38,649 nt of DNA. Source: an uncultured Candidatus Melainabacteria bacterium. Its GTDB lineage: Bacteria; Cyanobacteriota; Vampirovibrionia; Gastranaerophilales; Gastranaerophilaceae. A program made the translations under genes and the position numbers. This document shows, piece after piece, positions 25,097-32,844 of this stretch. The DNA lies in the NCBI GenBank assembly GCA_946186335.1, contig CAMHMW010000001.1, forward strand, positions 1-38,649, in the 5' to 3' direction. The notes under the pieces are model-generated. The model was not told the origin of the DNA. It saw nothing but the letters and a program-made list of their open reading frames with translations, and did not search any database. Every line of letters starts with the position of its first letter. The first letter of the stretch is position 1.

Positions 25097-25112
25097 TAAG
25101 AAAGGACAAAAA

Positions 25113-25832
25113 ATGCTTTTAGGTGTAAATATAGATCACGTAGCGACATTAAGAAATGCAAGGGGCGGATATGAACCCGATCCTCTTACTGCTGCAAAAA
25201 TATGTATCGAAAACGGTGCGGATTCAATAACTGCACATTTGCGTGAGGACAGGCGCCACATGAAAGATAACGATATAAAAGCACTTTCAAAGTTACTGAA
25301 AACCCGTTTAAATCTTGAAATGGCGGTTACAGACGAGATGCAGAAAATTGCACTTTCAATAAAACCGTATTCTGTTTGTCTTGTTCCCGAAAAAAGGGAA
25401 GAGATAACAACAGAAGGCGGGCTTGATGTTGCAGGACAACTGAAAAAGATTACCGAGTTTGTTACTCCGCTTTTGGATGCAGGAATTGTGGTCAGCCTGT
25501 TTATAGATCCGACTGATGAGCAGGTCAGAGCAGCGGCAAAAACAGGGGTTCAGTTTGTTGAACTTCATACGGGTGCATATTCAAATGCGTTCGGGCTGGA
25601 AGAAGAGGAAGAAGAAGAATTTATGAAATTAAATGAGGCTTCCCGTCTCGCTCATGCGCTCGGCTTGAAAGTTAACGCCGGTCACGGTCTGAATTACCAG
25701 AATGTTAAAAGATTACATCAGATTATAGATATTTATGAATTAAATATTGGACATACTATTGTTGCCCGTTCGGTATTTGTCGGAATCGGAGAAGCCGTAA
25801 AAGAAATGAAAAAACTTGTTTCAAAGGGATAA
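25113..25832 (+). CDS. pdxJ: Pyridoxine 5'-phosphate synthase PdxJ
   Basis: LGVNIDHVATLRNARGG, ITAHLREDRRH, VELHTG and NAGHGLNY are canonical PdxJ blocks. Confidence 0.9.
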   Translation: MLLGVNIDHVATLRNARGGYEPDPLTAAKICIENGADSITAHLREDRRHMKDNDIKALSKLLKTRLNLEMAVTDEMQKIALSIKPYSVCLVPEKREEITTEGGLDVAGQLKKITEFVTPLLDAGIVVSLFIDPTDEQVRAAAKTGVQFVELHTGAYSNAFGLEEEEEEEFMKLNEASRLAHALGLKVNAGHGLNYQNVKRLHQIIDIYELNIGHTIVARSVFVGIGEAVKEMKKLVSKG

Positions 25833-25837
25833 TTCTT

Positions 25838-26167
25838 ATGGAAAAATCGAAAGAAGAAATCGTAAAAGAGATGCAATTGGTTGCAGAGCAAATGGTTATT
25901 GACGATTTGGAAGAAAATCCCGATTTGGCAAACGAATATTTTGAGTGTGATTGCTGCGGAAAGAATAAATGTCTTGCAGGTTCAATTCAGTACGGGGAAT
26001 ACAGACTGTGTAATGACTGCGTATTGCTTGCTGAAACAGGATTTGCTCTGGGTAAATTTAATGATATTCAGGCATTGATGGATGCTATGGAAGATACCAG
26101 ACTCGAGGAGCTTTGCACCTTCATAAAAGAAGAAGAAAAACGTGCAGACAGGCAAAATTCAAACTAG
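25838..26167 (+). CDS. Hypothetical small acidic protein with a Cys-rich zinc-ribbon-like motif
   Basis: CDCCGKNKC-x16-CNDC. It starts 5 nt after the pdxJ stop, with AAGGGA inside the pdxJ 3' end acting as SD. Confidence 0.6.
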   Translation: MEKSKEEIVKEMQLVAEQMVIDDLEENPDLANEYFECDCCGKNKCLAGSIQYGEYRLCNDCVLLAETGFALGKFNDIQALMDAMEDTRLEELCTFIKEEEKRADRQNSN

Positions 26168-26189
26168 GCTTGCGTTTTGAGAAAACCTC

Positions 26190-26218
26190 TTGAAAACATT
26201 TGAAAAATATGTTAAGAT
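26190..26218 (+). promoter_or_regulatory. Candidate promoter, TTGAAA-N17-(TGt)TAAGAT
   Basis: TTGAAA at 26190-26195, a 17-nt spacer, then TAAGAT at 26213-26218 preceded by TGT. It lies 37 nt upstream of the ATG at 26256. Confidence 0.45.
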
Positions 26219-26255
26219 GTTCTAGAAATTTTGAAAGGAAACGAGGTTTACAACT

Positions 26256-26579
26256 ATGTCAAGAAACAAAGCATTTATGTTTTCAATGGGCTTGATTGCG
26301 GGTGTTGTCGGCGGAATTGTTGCCGGTGTACTTTTTGCACCCAAACCGGGCGAAGAATCAAGAAAAGAACTTAAAGATACTGTTTGTGATTTTTATGACA
26401 GACACGCTCCGCAAATTACGGATGCAAAAAAACAGGCTCTTGAATCTATTGATTTAATGAAATACAAACTGGAAAGACAATTCAGAAAATTGAATAATTC
26501 ATTAAAATCTAAAAAAATGGCAAAAGCAAAAGAATTGGAAGATTCCGAAAGAGGAAGTGACAACGAGTTTGATTACTAA
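26256..26579 (+). CDS. YtxH-like general stress protein (N-terminal Gly-rich membrane anchor)
   Basis: GLIAGVVGGIVAGVLFAPKPGEESRKELKD matches the YtxH signature (G-rich TM + APxxGxExR). Confidence 0.75.
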   Translation: MSRNKAFMFSMGLIAGVVGGIVAGVLFAPKPGEESRKELKDTVCDFYDRHAPQITDAKKQALESIDLMKYKLERQFRKLNNSLKSKKMAKAKELEDSERGSDNEFDY

Positions 26580-26596
26580 ATAAAAAGGATTGAACA

Positions 26597-26965
26597 ATGA
26601 ATATTGAATTATCTCAAATTGTTTTAAATAACGGTTTAACATTTTTGGTTGTGGTAACAGCGATATTATTGTGTGTTATCGGTTATTACCTGATAAAATT
26701 ATTGAAAGATTTGTCCCTATTGACCAAAAATTTAAACGAAACTTCCGAAATTCTGAATAATGAACTAAAACCGACATTGCAGGAGTTGAACGAAACGATG
26801 CGTTCAATAAATTCTATCATTCAGAGTACGGATGAAGGCGTTGGAAACGTAAAATTAGGTTTGGCAAACGCTTTATCAAAAACCAAAGAGTGGTCCGGAA
26901 ATATTTTCGGCGGTTTTCTTAAAGGTTTTACTGCCGTTTATTCTCTGTTTTCAAAAAGAAGATAG
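26597..26965 (+). CDS. DUF948/YtxG-like membrane-anchored helical protein
   Basis: It has an N-terminal TM (LTFLVVVTAILLCVIGYYLI) and then a helical region with repeated L..L.ET motifs. The gene context with ytxH-like genes resembles Bacillus ytxGHJ. Confidence 0.55.
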   Translation: MNIELSQIVLNNGLTFLVVVTAILLCVIGYYLIKLLKDLSLLTKNLNETSEILNNELKPTLQELNETMRSINSIIQSTDEGVGNVKLGLANALSKTKEWSGNIFGGFLKGFTAVYSLFSKRR

Positions 26966-27033
26966 ACCCGTTTGGTAATGAAAAATATTAATAATCAGAT
27001 ATACTGAATGTAAGATAAAAAGGAGAACAAATT

Positions 27034-27315
27034 ATGTCATTAGGAAAATTTTTAGCAGGCTTTGCTGTTGGTGGTGCTATTGGTGCTATTGCAGGTATAT
27101 TACTTGCACCAAAATCAGGTGAAGAAACAAGACAAATGATTGCCGATTCTGCAAAGGATATGGCTCGCAGAGCGGATGAAACCGCAAGACAAATTCAGTC
27201 AAAAGCCGATGATGCGGTTTCGGAACTTCAAAGAAAAGGTGAAGAAATTAAGGGTAAATTGCAGGACTTAATTTCTAAACAAAAAAATAACGGCGAAACT
27301 CCGTCAGAAGCGTAG
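27034..27315 (+). CDS. YtxH-like general stress protein (second copy)
   Basis: FLAGFAVGGAIGAIAGILLAPKSGEETRQMIADSAKD. SD AAGGAG is upstream. Confidence 0.75.
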   Translation: MSLGKFLAGFAVGGAIGAIAGILLAPKSGEETRQMIADSAKDMARRADETARQIQSKADDAVSELQRKGEEIKGKLQDLISKQKNNGETPSEA

Positions 27316-27337
27316 ATTTGATATTTATACACAAAAA

Positions 27338-27365
27338 AGAGGCCGATTGTTATCGGTCTCTTTTT
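27338..27365 (+). terminator. Rho-independent terminator
   Basis: AGAGGCCGAT-tgtt-ATCGGTCTCT forms a 10-bp stem with one G-U pair, followed by TTTTT. Confidence 0.75.
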
Positions 27366-27405
27366 ATTATGGCTCAAATTCCGATATGATTGACTTTTCT
27401 CCCTC

Positions 27406-27433
27406 TTGAAATTTTTTTGGTACGGGGTAAAAT
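27406..27433 (+). promoter_or_regulatory. Candidate promoter, TTGAAA-N16-TAAAAT
   Basis: TTGAAA at 27406-27411 and TAAAAT at 27428-27433. A second TATAAT lies at 27435-27440. The element is about 40 nt upstream of the ATG at 27471. Confidence 0.4.
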
Positions 27434-27470
27434 ATATAATATATCCGAACAGAATCAGGCAGGAATTTAT

Positions 27471-29717
27471 ATGATTAAAAATGAATATATGGATAAGATT
27501 AGAGATTTTTTAACTTCTTCAAAGTTTGTTAAAGCGGTTTATTTAATTGCTTTTACAATTATGTTGACAGGAATTATATCTTCGCAAAACTTTTTATTTA
27601 AAAGTATTGTAGAAAACGGAATAAGTAAAAAAGATATTATTGCACAGAAAACACTGACGGTTGAAGATGTAAAAAGAACCGAACAACACAAACGCGAAGT
27701 TGCCCAAAAAGTTGAACCGGTTTTGGTGCCGGCAGAAGATGAGTTTATTAAATCTAATCTTGAGACTTTGCAAAATTCGGTTTTACAGATTAGAAAAAAA
27801 GAAAAATCATTAGAAGAAAAACGCGGAGAATTAAATATTCTGTTTGATTTGACGGGTAATACCAGCAAGGATTTTATTCTTGACTATTTGCTGAATGTTG
27901 ACGAGGCAAGCCTCAGAGAAGCGTTTGAAAAAGCATCACTTTCACTTGTTAAAATTTTGCAGGTTGGGATTACCGAAAATGATTATGAGCGAGATAAGAT
28001 TACCGCTCTTATAAAAAATAATCTCGTTTCTAATGTTTCCAAAAGACAGGTTTCTGTCATAACAGCGATGTTGGAGCAGGTTATTGTGCCGAACCTCGTT
28101 GTTGATGATATCGCCACAGATAATGCCAAATTAAACGCAAGAGATTCCGTAAAACCATACAAGGTTACTTTCCAGAAAGGTGAAAAAATCGTATTCGAGG
28201 GTGAACCTGTTACAAGATTAAAACGTGATGCTCTGCGGGTTGCGGGGTACAATGTATACGAATTAAATTCTCAAGGAATTTTATCGGTTTATATCCTTGT
28301 GTTAATTCTCACACTGACGTTTATTTCTTATATCAAGGGGTTTGAAAAGCAGTTTAAAGAACCGCGATATATGGCACTTTGTGCGATGCTTGTTCTGCTG
28401 ACATCTGCCTGTGCAATATTATTGCAGGCAGGTTCAACATCTTATTCCGAATCTCTGCGATATACCCTGCCGATACCTGCTGTAATTACGGTTGCGGCGA
28501 TATTTCTGAATCCGCGAATTTCGTTTTTACTCACAGTTTTAACTCTGACAATTTTGACGGTCGGAATGCAGTATGATGCCGAATTTATGATTATATTTAC
28601 CGTATTGTCGCTTATCGGTATGATAACTGTTTCAAAAATTCGTTATACAAGAAGATTTGATATGATAAAAGTCGGATTTCATCTTGCTGTTTCAGGGCTT
28701 TTGATAATGCTCAGTTTGTATTTTATTGATAAATGTCTCACTGATGTTGAAAATTATCTGATAGTCAAAAATTGCGTATATATATTCCTTAGTTGTATTA
28801 TAAATTCAATAATAGTTTTAGGGGTATCTCCCCTGTTGGAAAATACTTTCCAGATAATAACTCCGTACGGACTTGCGGAATTGGGCGACCATAATCAGCC
28901 CCTTTTGAAACGTCTGCAGATGGAAGCACCGGGAACATATCATCACAGTCTGATGGTTTCAACTCTGTGTGAGGCGGCATCCGAAGCCATCGGCGCAAAT
29001 CCGATTTTAGCACGTGTCGGGGCTTTTTATCACGACATCGGAAAATTGAAAAGACCTCTGTTTTTCGTTGAAAACCAGTCGTATTTCGGAATTGAAAATC
29101 CTCATAACAAGTTAAATCCGAGATTAAGCAAGATGGTTATTACCGCACACCCTAAAGACGGGGTTGAAATTGCAAAGAAAAACGGATTACCGAATGTTAT
29201 TTGTGATTTTATTATACAACACCACGGCGAAGGACTTGCTAAATATTTTTATAATCAGGCTGTGCTTGAAGAAGGGGTGGAAAACGTTAAAGAAGAACAG
29301 TTCAGATACCCCGGACCAAAACCAAATTCAAAAGAAACAGCAATTCTTATGCTTGCAGATGCGGTTGAATCGGCGGTTCGTGCGATGAAAGGTGCAACAT
29401 CCGATGAAATTGAAAGTATTATTGACAAAATTATTGTGGAACGACTGAATGACGGTCAACTTGCCGATAGCCCTCTGACATTGAAGGATTTGAAAATTAT
29501 TGCATTGACGTTCAGCAGAATTTTGCGCGGTATGCAGCACGACAGAATTAAGTATCAGGAAGACATTGCACAGGAATTTAACAAAAATAAAATAGAAATG
29601 CCGAACAAGATACTTGATGAAGATTTTGAAAAGAAAATTCAGGAGTTGGAAGACTCAAAACCCAAATATAATACTGAAAACGCTGATTGGTCAAATAACG
29701 AGAAAAAAGATTTATGA
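27471..29717 (+). CDS. pgpH: 7TM-receptor/HD-domain phosphohydrolase (PgpH/YqfF family, cyclic-di-AMP phosphodiesterase type)
   Basis: A large extracytoplasmic N-domain is followed by about 7 TM segments and an HD domain (HHSLMVS...GAFYHDIGK...IIQHHG). The track start at 27390 is a TTG extension, and the ATG at 27471 follows AGGCAGGA. Confidence 0.8.
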   Translation: MIKNEYMDKIRDFLTSSKFVKAVYLIAFTIMLTGIISSQNFLFKSIVENGISKKDIIAQKTLTVEDVKRTEQHKREVAQKVEPVLVPAEDEFIKSNLETLQNSVLQIRKKEKSLEEKRGELNILFDLTGNTSKDFILDYLLNVDEASLREAFEKASLSLVKILQVGITENDYERDKITALIKNNLVSNVSKRQVSVITAMLEQVIVPNLVVDDIATDNAKLNARDSVKPYKVTFQKGEKIVFEGEPVTRLKRDALRVAGYNVYELNSQGILSVYILVLILTLTFISYIKGFEKQFKEPRYMALCAMLVLLTSACAILLQAGSTSYSESLRYTLPIPAVITVAAIFLNPRISFLLTVLTLTILTVGMQYDAEFMIIFTVLSLIGMITVSKIRYTRRFDMIKVGFHLAVSGLLIMLSLYFIDKCLTDVENYLIVKNCVYIFLSCIINSIIVLGVSPLLENTFQIITPYGLAELGDHNQPLLKRLQMEAPGTYHHSLMVSTLCEAASEAIGANPILARVGAFYHDIGKLKRPLFFVENQSYFGIENPHNKLNPRLSKMVITAHPKDGVEIAKKNGLPNVICDFIIQHHGEGLAKYFYNQAVLEEGVENVKEEQFRYPGPKPNSKETAILMLADAVESAVRAMKGATSDEIESIIDKIIVERLNDGQLADSPLTLKDLKIIALTFSRILRGMQHDRIKYQEDIAQEFNKNKIEMPNKILDEDFEKKIQELEDSKPKYNTENADWSNNEKKDL

Positions 29718-30232
29718 TAAATTATAAAATTGATGTTGAAAACGAGTATTCGGGCTGGGATATTGATGAAAAAGAAATTTCGGATTTTGGGGGAAAAGTT
29801 ATGAATTTCTTTGCCGGTCAGCCTGAAATTACTGCGGGATGGTGTCTTAGCGGGTATGATTACAAAACAATTTCGTTTGATATTTTGTTTTGTGACGGGG
29901 AAAAAACGCATATTATAAATCGCGATTACAGGGGAAAAGACTATTCTGCGGATATTATAACCTTTGCATTGTTTGCGGATTCGGCAGATGATGAGCGTAT
30001 AATTCAGGAATTTGAAATTAATCTTGGTGAGATTATAATAGCATTAGATAAGATTAAATCTTCTGCTGACGAAAAAGGAATTTCAAAAGAAACTGAATTG
30101 AAGTTTATGATAAGTCACGGTATAATGCACCTTTTGGGTTTTGATCATCAGACGGAAGAAGAATTTAATTTTGTGGTGAAACAACAGAAAAAAGTTTTGG
30201 AAAGTATGGGAATTAAGTATGACAAGATATAA
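29714..30232 (+). CDS. ybeY: rRNA maturation endoribonuclease YbeY
   Basis: HGIMHLLGFDH is the metal-binding motif. The start overlaps the pgpH stop by 4 nt (ATGA). Confidence 0.85.
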   Translation: MINYKIDVENEYSGWDIDEKEISDFGGKVMNFFAGQPEITAGWCLSGYDYKTISFDILFCDGEKTHIINRDYRGKDYSADIITFALFADSADDERIIQEFEINLGEIIIALDKIKSSADEKGISKETELKFMISHGIMHLLGFDHQTEEEFNFVVKQQKKVLESMGIKYDKI

Positions 30233-30599
30233 ATGCCAGAATTTTTCAAGTACCTTTAAAAATGCAAGAAAAGGTATGAGATTAAGTTTAAAAAGTGAAA
30301 GAAATATAAGAGTCCATCTGTTTGCGGGTGCATTGGTACTTATAAGTGCGTATTGCCTTAATTTTTCAATTCCCCGTTTTTGCATACTGATTATGGCAAT
30401 AGCAGCAGTGATTTCCGCCGAGATGCTTAATTCTGCAATAGAATTTGCTCTGGATGCAGTTTTTCATAACAGGTTTTCAAGAATGGTCGGAATGGCGAAA
30501 GATATTGCGGCAGGTGCCGTCATGGTTGTGACAATTTCTGCAATTATTGTCGGTGTATTGCTTTTCGCACCCCCCATAATTTATTTAATAACCCATTAA
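30219..30599 (+). CDS. dgkA: Diacylglycerol/undecaprenol kinase (prokaryotic DAGK family)
   Basis: FKNARKGMRLSLKSERNIRVHL, EMLNSAIEFALD and 3 TM segments. It overlaps ybeY by 14 nt. Confidence 0.8.
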   Translation: MTRYKCQNFSSTFKNARKGMRLSLKSERNIRVHLFAGALVLISAYCLNFSIPRFCILIMAIAAVISAEMLNSAIEFALDAVFHNRFSRMVGMAKDIAAGAVMVVTISAIIVGVLLFAPPIIYLITH

Positions 30600-30607
30600 C
30601 CCAAAAC

Positions 30608-30639
30608 AAAAGTCCTTACCCCCAAATGATAAGGACTTT
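30608..30639 (+). terminator. Candidate terminator hairpin after dgkA
   Basis: AAAGTCCTTA (30608-30617) pairs with TAAGGACTTT (30630-30639). The downstream T-run is weak. Confidence 0.5.
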
Positions 30640-30667
30640 AGACTTTTACCGAAAATCTTGTTAAAAT

Positions 30668-30880
30668 CTAGTTGTTGCTTAATACCAATCGCAATGCCGC
30701 CAGATTTTTTATAGAAAACATTGTGTGTTTATTGTGCTGTTCTTTGGAAATATCAAAAATTCTTATTATTCTTTGAATTTCCGCTAAATCTTTATATGAT
30801 TCGATTTTATACACATTTTCTATCGGATCTGAAACTACTGACATCAATGTGTTTAATTCTTGTTCTTTCATTGGCTTCAA
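30668..30880 (-). CDS. Hypothetical small helical protein (67-70 aa)
   Basis: SD AGAGGA is upstream. The start could be TTG 30880 or ATG 30871. The antisense + ORF (30721..30927) is Phe/Leu-rich junk, which supports the minus strand. Confidence 0.5.
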   Translation of the reverse strand: MKPMKEQELNTLMSVVSDPIENVYKIESYKDLAEIQRIIRIFDISKEQHNKHTMFSIKNLAALRLVLSNN

Positions 30881-30978
30881 ATATCCTCTTTCCTATATAC
30901 TCTTATATAAAGTATTTTTTTTTCTGAGAATTGCCTTTTTTGTAAAAGAAATATTAATAAATCTTAATAAAACCGAAA

Positions 30979-31224
30979 TTATGCGACATAATCAATGTTT
31001 ATGGCTTTAATGTCGGAAGTATTATTCGGCCGCAAGAGGCTGTACGGTCCGTCGCCGTACACAGCCCTTGCAAAATCTGTTGTCCGGTAGTTTTCTGCTC
31101 TGAACGATGAGGGATTAGACGAAGTTGCAAGTGTTCTGTAAAATTTTGCCACAGCAGAACCCTCGGTGCCTGAATAAAGACCGGTTGGGGTTGTTATAGC
31201 GGATTTTGCATCAAAACTTACCAT
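30979..31224 (-). CDS. Hypothetical small protein (81 aa) with atypical Ser/Thr/Ala/Gly/Tyr-rich, Lys-poor composition; coding status uncertain
   Basis: It is the only ORF of at least 60 aa here. The SD is weak. The segment is visibly GC-richer than its surroundings and contains a strong internal hairpin (31038-31066). Confidence 0.4.
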   Translation of the reverse strand: MVSFDAKSAITTPTGLYSGTEGSAVAKFYRTLATSSNPSSFRAENYRTTDFARAVYGDGPYSLLRPNNTSDIKAINIDYVA

Positions 31225-31575
31225 TTTCGTAACTATCCCTACTAATATTATAAATCATGTTTAATTAAAATTAAAGTCCTTTGTATATAAATGTAAACTA
31301 TCAAATTTTGCATAAAAAAAAGACTCCTCGGAATGAAGAGCCTTGGAATGTAAAACTTTTACAATTCCTCGTAATAGTGAAGTGTGAAGTGTGTGCTTAA
31401 GTCTTTTTTAATTCCTCAACTTGAGCCACTTCCTCGTGTTTACATGTATATAAAGTTTTTTGAGTATATAAAATTGCTATATTTTTGATATTGCACTTTA
31501 CAATGCTTAACAATTTTGAAAGATGGGTAAATATCTATATGATTGTATTGTGTATGTAAAAACGGAGAAGATAAA

Positions 31576-32370
31576 ATGAATATATTAATAGCAAATGATG
31601 ACGGAATTGCTGCAAACGGGATAAGGGCTTTATCCGAGGAATTGTCAAAAAAGCATAATGTTTATATTGTTGCACCTGACAGAGAACGTAGTGCAGCGGG
31701 GCATTCTTTGACTTTGCACACTCCGTTAAGAGTTGAAGAACTGGAAAACGGCGAATACGGTGCAAAAAGAGCATGGGTTACAACAGGGACTCCGGGAGAT
31801 TGTGTAAAAATCGCAATAAATGCAATATTGTCTGATGAAGAAAAGCCCGATGTTGTTCTTTCGGGAATAAACCATGGCCCGAATTTGGGTTCTGATATTT
31901 TGTATTCCGGTACCGTAAGTTGTGCAATGGAAGGAGCTATGCTCGGGTATCCGAGTATTGCGGTTTCTCTTGCAACAATGTCTGCCGATTATGAAGATTT
32001 TAAATTCCCAGCGCAATTTATGAGTGCGCTTCTTGATAAGTTAAAAGATTTCAAGTTTCCCAGCAAATGTATTTTAAATGTTAACATCCCGAAACTTGAA
32101 GCAGGTGACATTACCGGGGTTGCAATAACCGAACTCGGGAGAAAAATGTTTACGGATGATTATGAAAAAAGAATTGACCCCAGAGGCAAGGTCTATTACT
32201 GGCTTGCCGGTGAACTTATAACCGAGCCTGATGATGCCCAGACTGATTTGGCGGCAATTCAGAATAACCAAATTTCAATAACTCCTGTTACCTATGAGAT
32301 GACAAGAACGGAAACTATTTCGGAATTGGATAAACTTCTTTGCCGCTCAGGCAGTTGCAACTGGTATTAA
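31576..32370 (+). CDS. surE: 5'/3'-nucleotidase SurE
   Basis: The canonical N-terminus MNILIANDDGI follows SD GGAGAAG, so the track start at 31543 is an extension. GINHGPNLG and YSGTV blocks are present. Confidence 0.9.
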   Translation: MNILIANDDGIAANGIRALSEELSKKHNVYIVAPDRERSAAGHSLTLHTPLRVEELENGEYGAKRAWVTTGTPGDCVKIAINAILSDEEKPDVVLSGINHGPNLGSDILYSGTVSCAMEGAMLGYPSIAVSLATMSADYEDFKFPAQFMSALLDKLKDFKFPSKCILNVNIPKLEAGDITGVAITELGRKMFTDDYEKRIDPRGKVYYWLAGELITEPDDAQTDLAAIQNNQISITPVTYEMTRTETISELDKLLCRSGSCNWY

Positions 32371-32380
32371 TAATAAACGT

Positions 32381-32406
32381 AAAAAGCCGGATATGACCGG
32401 CTTTTT
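32381..32406. terminator. Bidirectional rho-independent terminator
   Basis: AAAAAGCCGG-atatga-CCGGCTTTTT lies between surE (+) and the small minus-strand ORF. Confidence 0.8.
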
Positions 32407-32432
32407 GTTTTCTATGGCTTATGTAAATATCT

Positions 32433-32585
32433 TTATTGTTTTATTACGGGATTTGTAACGGGAACTTCGGCTAACTTGCCCCCGCCTTTGTTTATAAAGC
32501 GTATTTCATACTTTTCGGATTCTTTCGGCTTGAAATCGTCCTTCTGGTACCCATACAAAAATTTCATAAATTCCTTACTATACAT
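32433..32585 (-). CDS. Small ORF not in the track (50 aa): MYSKEFMKFLYGYQKDDFKPKESEKYEIRFINKGGGKLAEVPVTNPVIKQ
   Basis: My manual translation of the minus strand gives ATG at 32585-32583 preceded by AAGGAG (4-nt spacer) and a TAA stop at 32435-32433. The bidirectional terminator follows about 27 nt downstream. Confidence 0.45.
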   Translation of the reverse strand: MYSKEFMKFLYGYQKDDFKPKESEKYEIRFINKGGGKLAEVPVTNPVIKQ

Positions 32586-32844
32586 AAGACTCCTTGACAC
32601 AAAATATTATTAACCTTCACACATATATATAAAAACTAATTGTAGTAATTTTTTGCGTATTTTACAAAAATTGTTACAAACTTAGCATTTGATTTTTAGT
32701 AACAGGAAATTATCCTGTTGAATAAGTAATATTACTAATGTTTTAACCCTCTTGAAAAGTACATAATCAGGTATAAGAAAAATGTATGTTTTATTGCGAA
32801 ATAATGGCGCAAATAAAACAAAAAATACAAACAAGGAGGTAAAA

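Noticed and set aside
25599-25619. GAA/GAG purine repeat (GAAGAAGAGGAAGAAGAAGAA)
   Set aside because: It is in frame within pdxJ and simply encodes a run of seven Glu in a surface loop. It is not a microsatellite locus or regulatory repeat.
31248-31313. 21-codon minus-strand ORF (MQNLIVYIYIQRTLILIKHDL) after a GAGGAG site, considered as a type-I-toxin-like or leader peptide
   Set aside because: It is too short and there is no supporting antisense RNA or terminator architecture. It overlaps the likely promoter/SD region of the 81-aa ORF. I kept it only as a remark under the intergenic finding.
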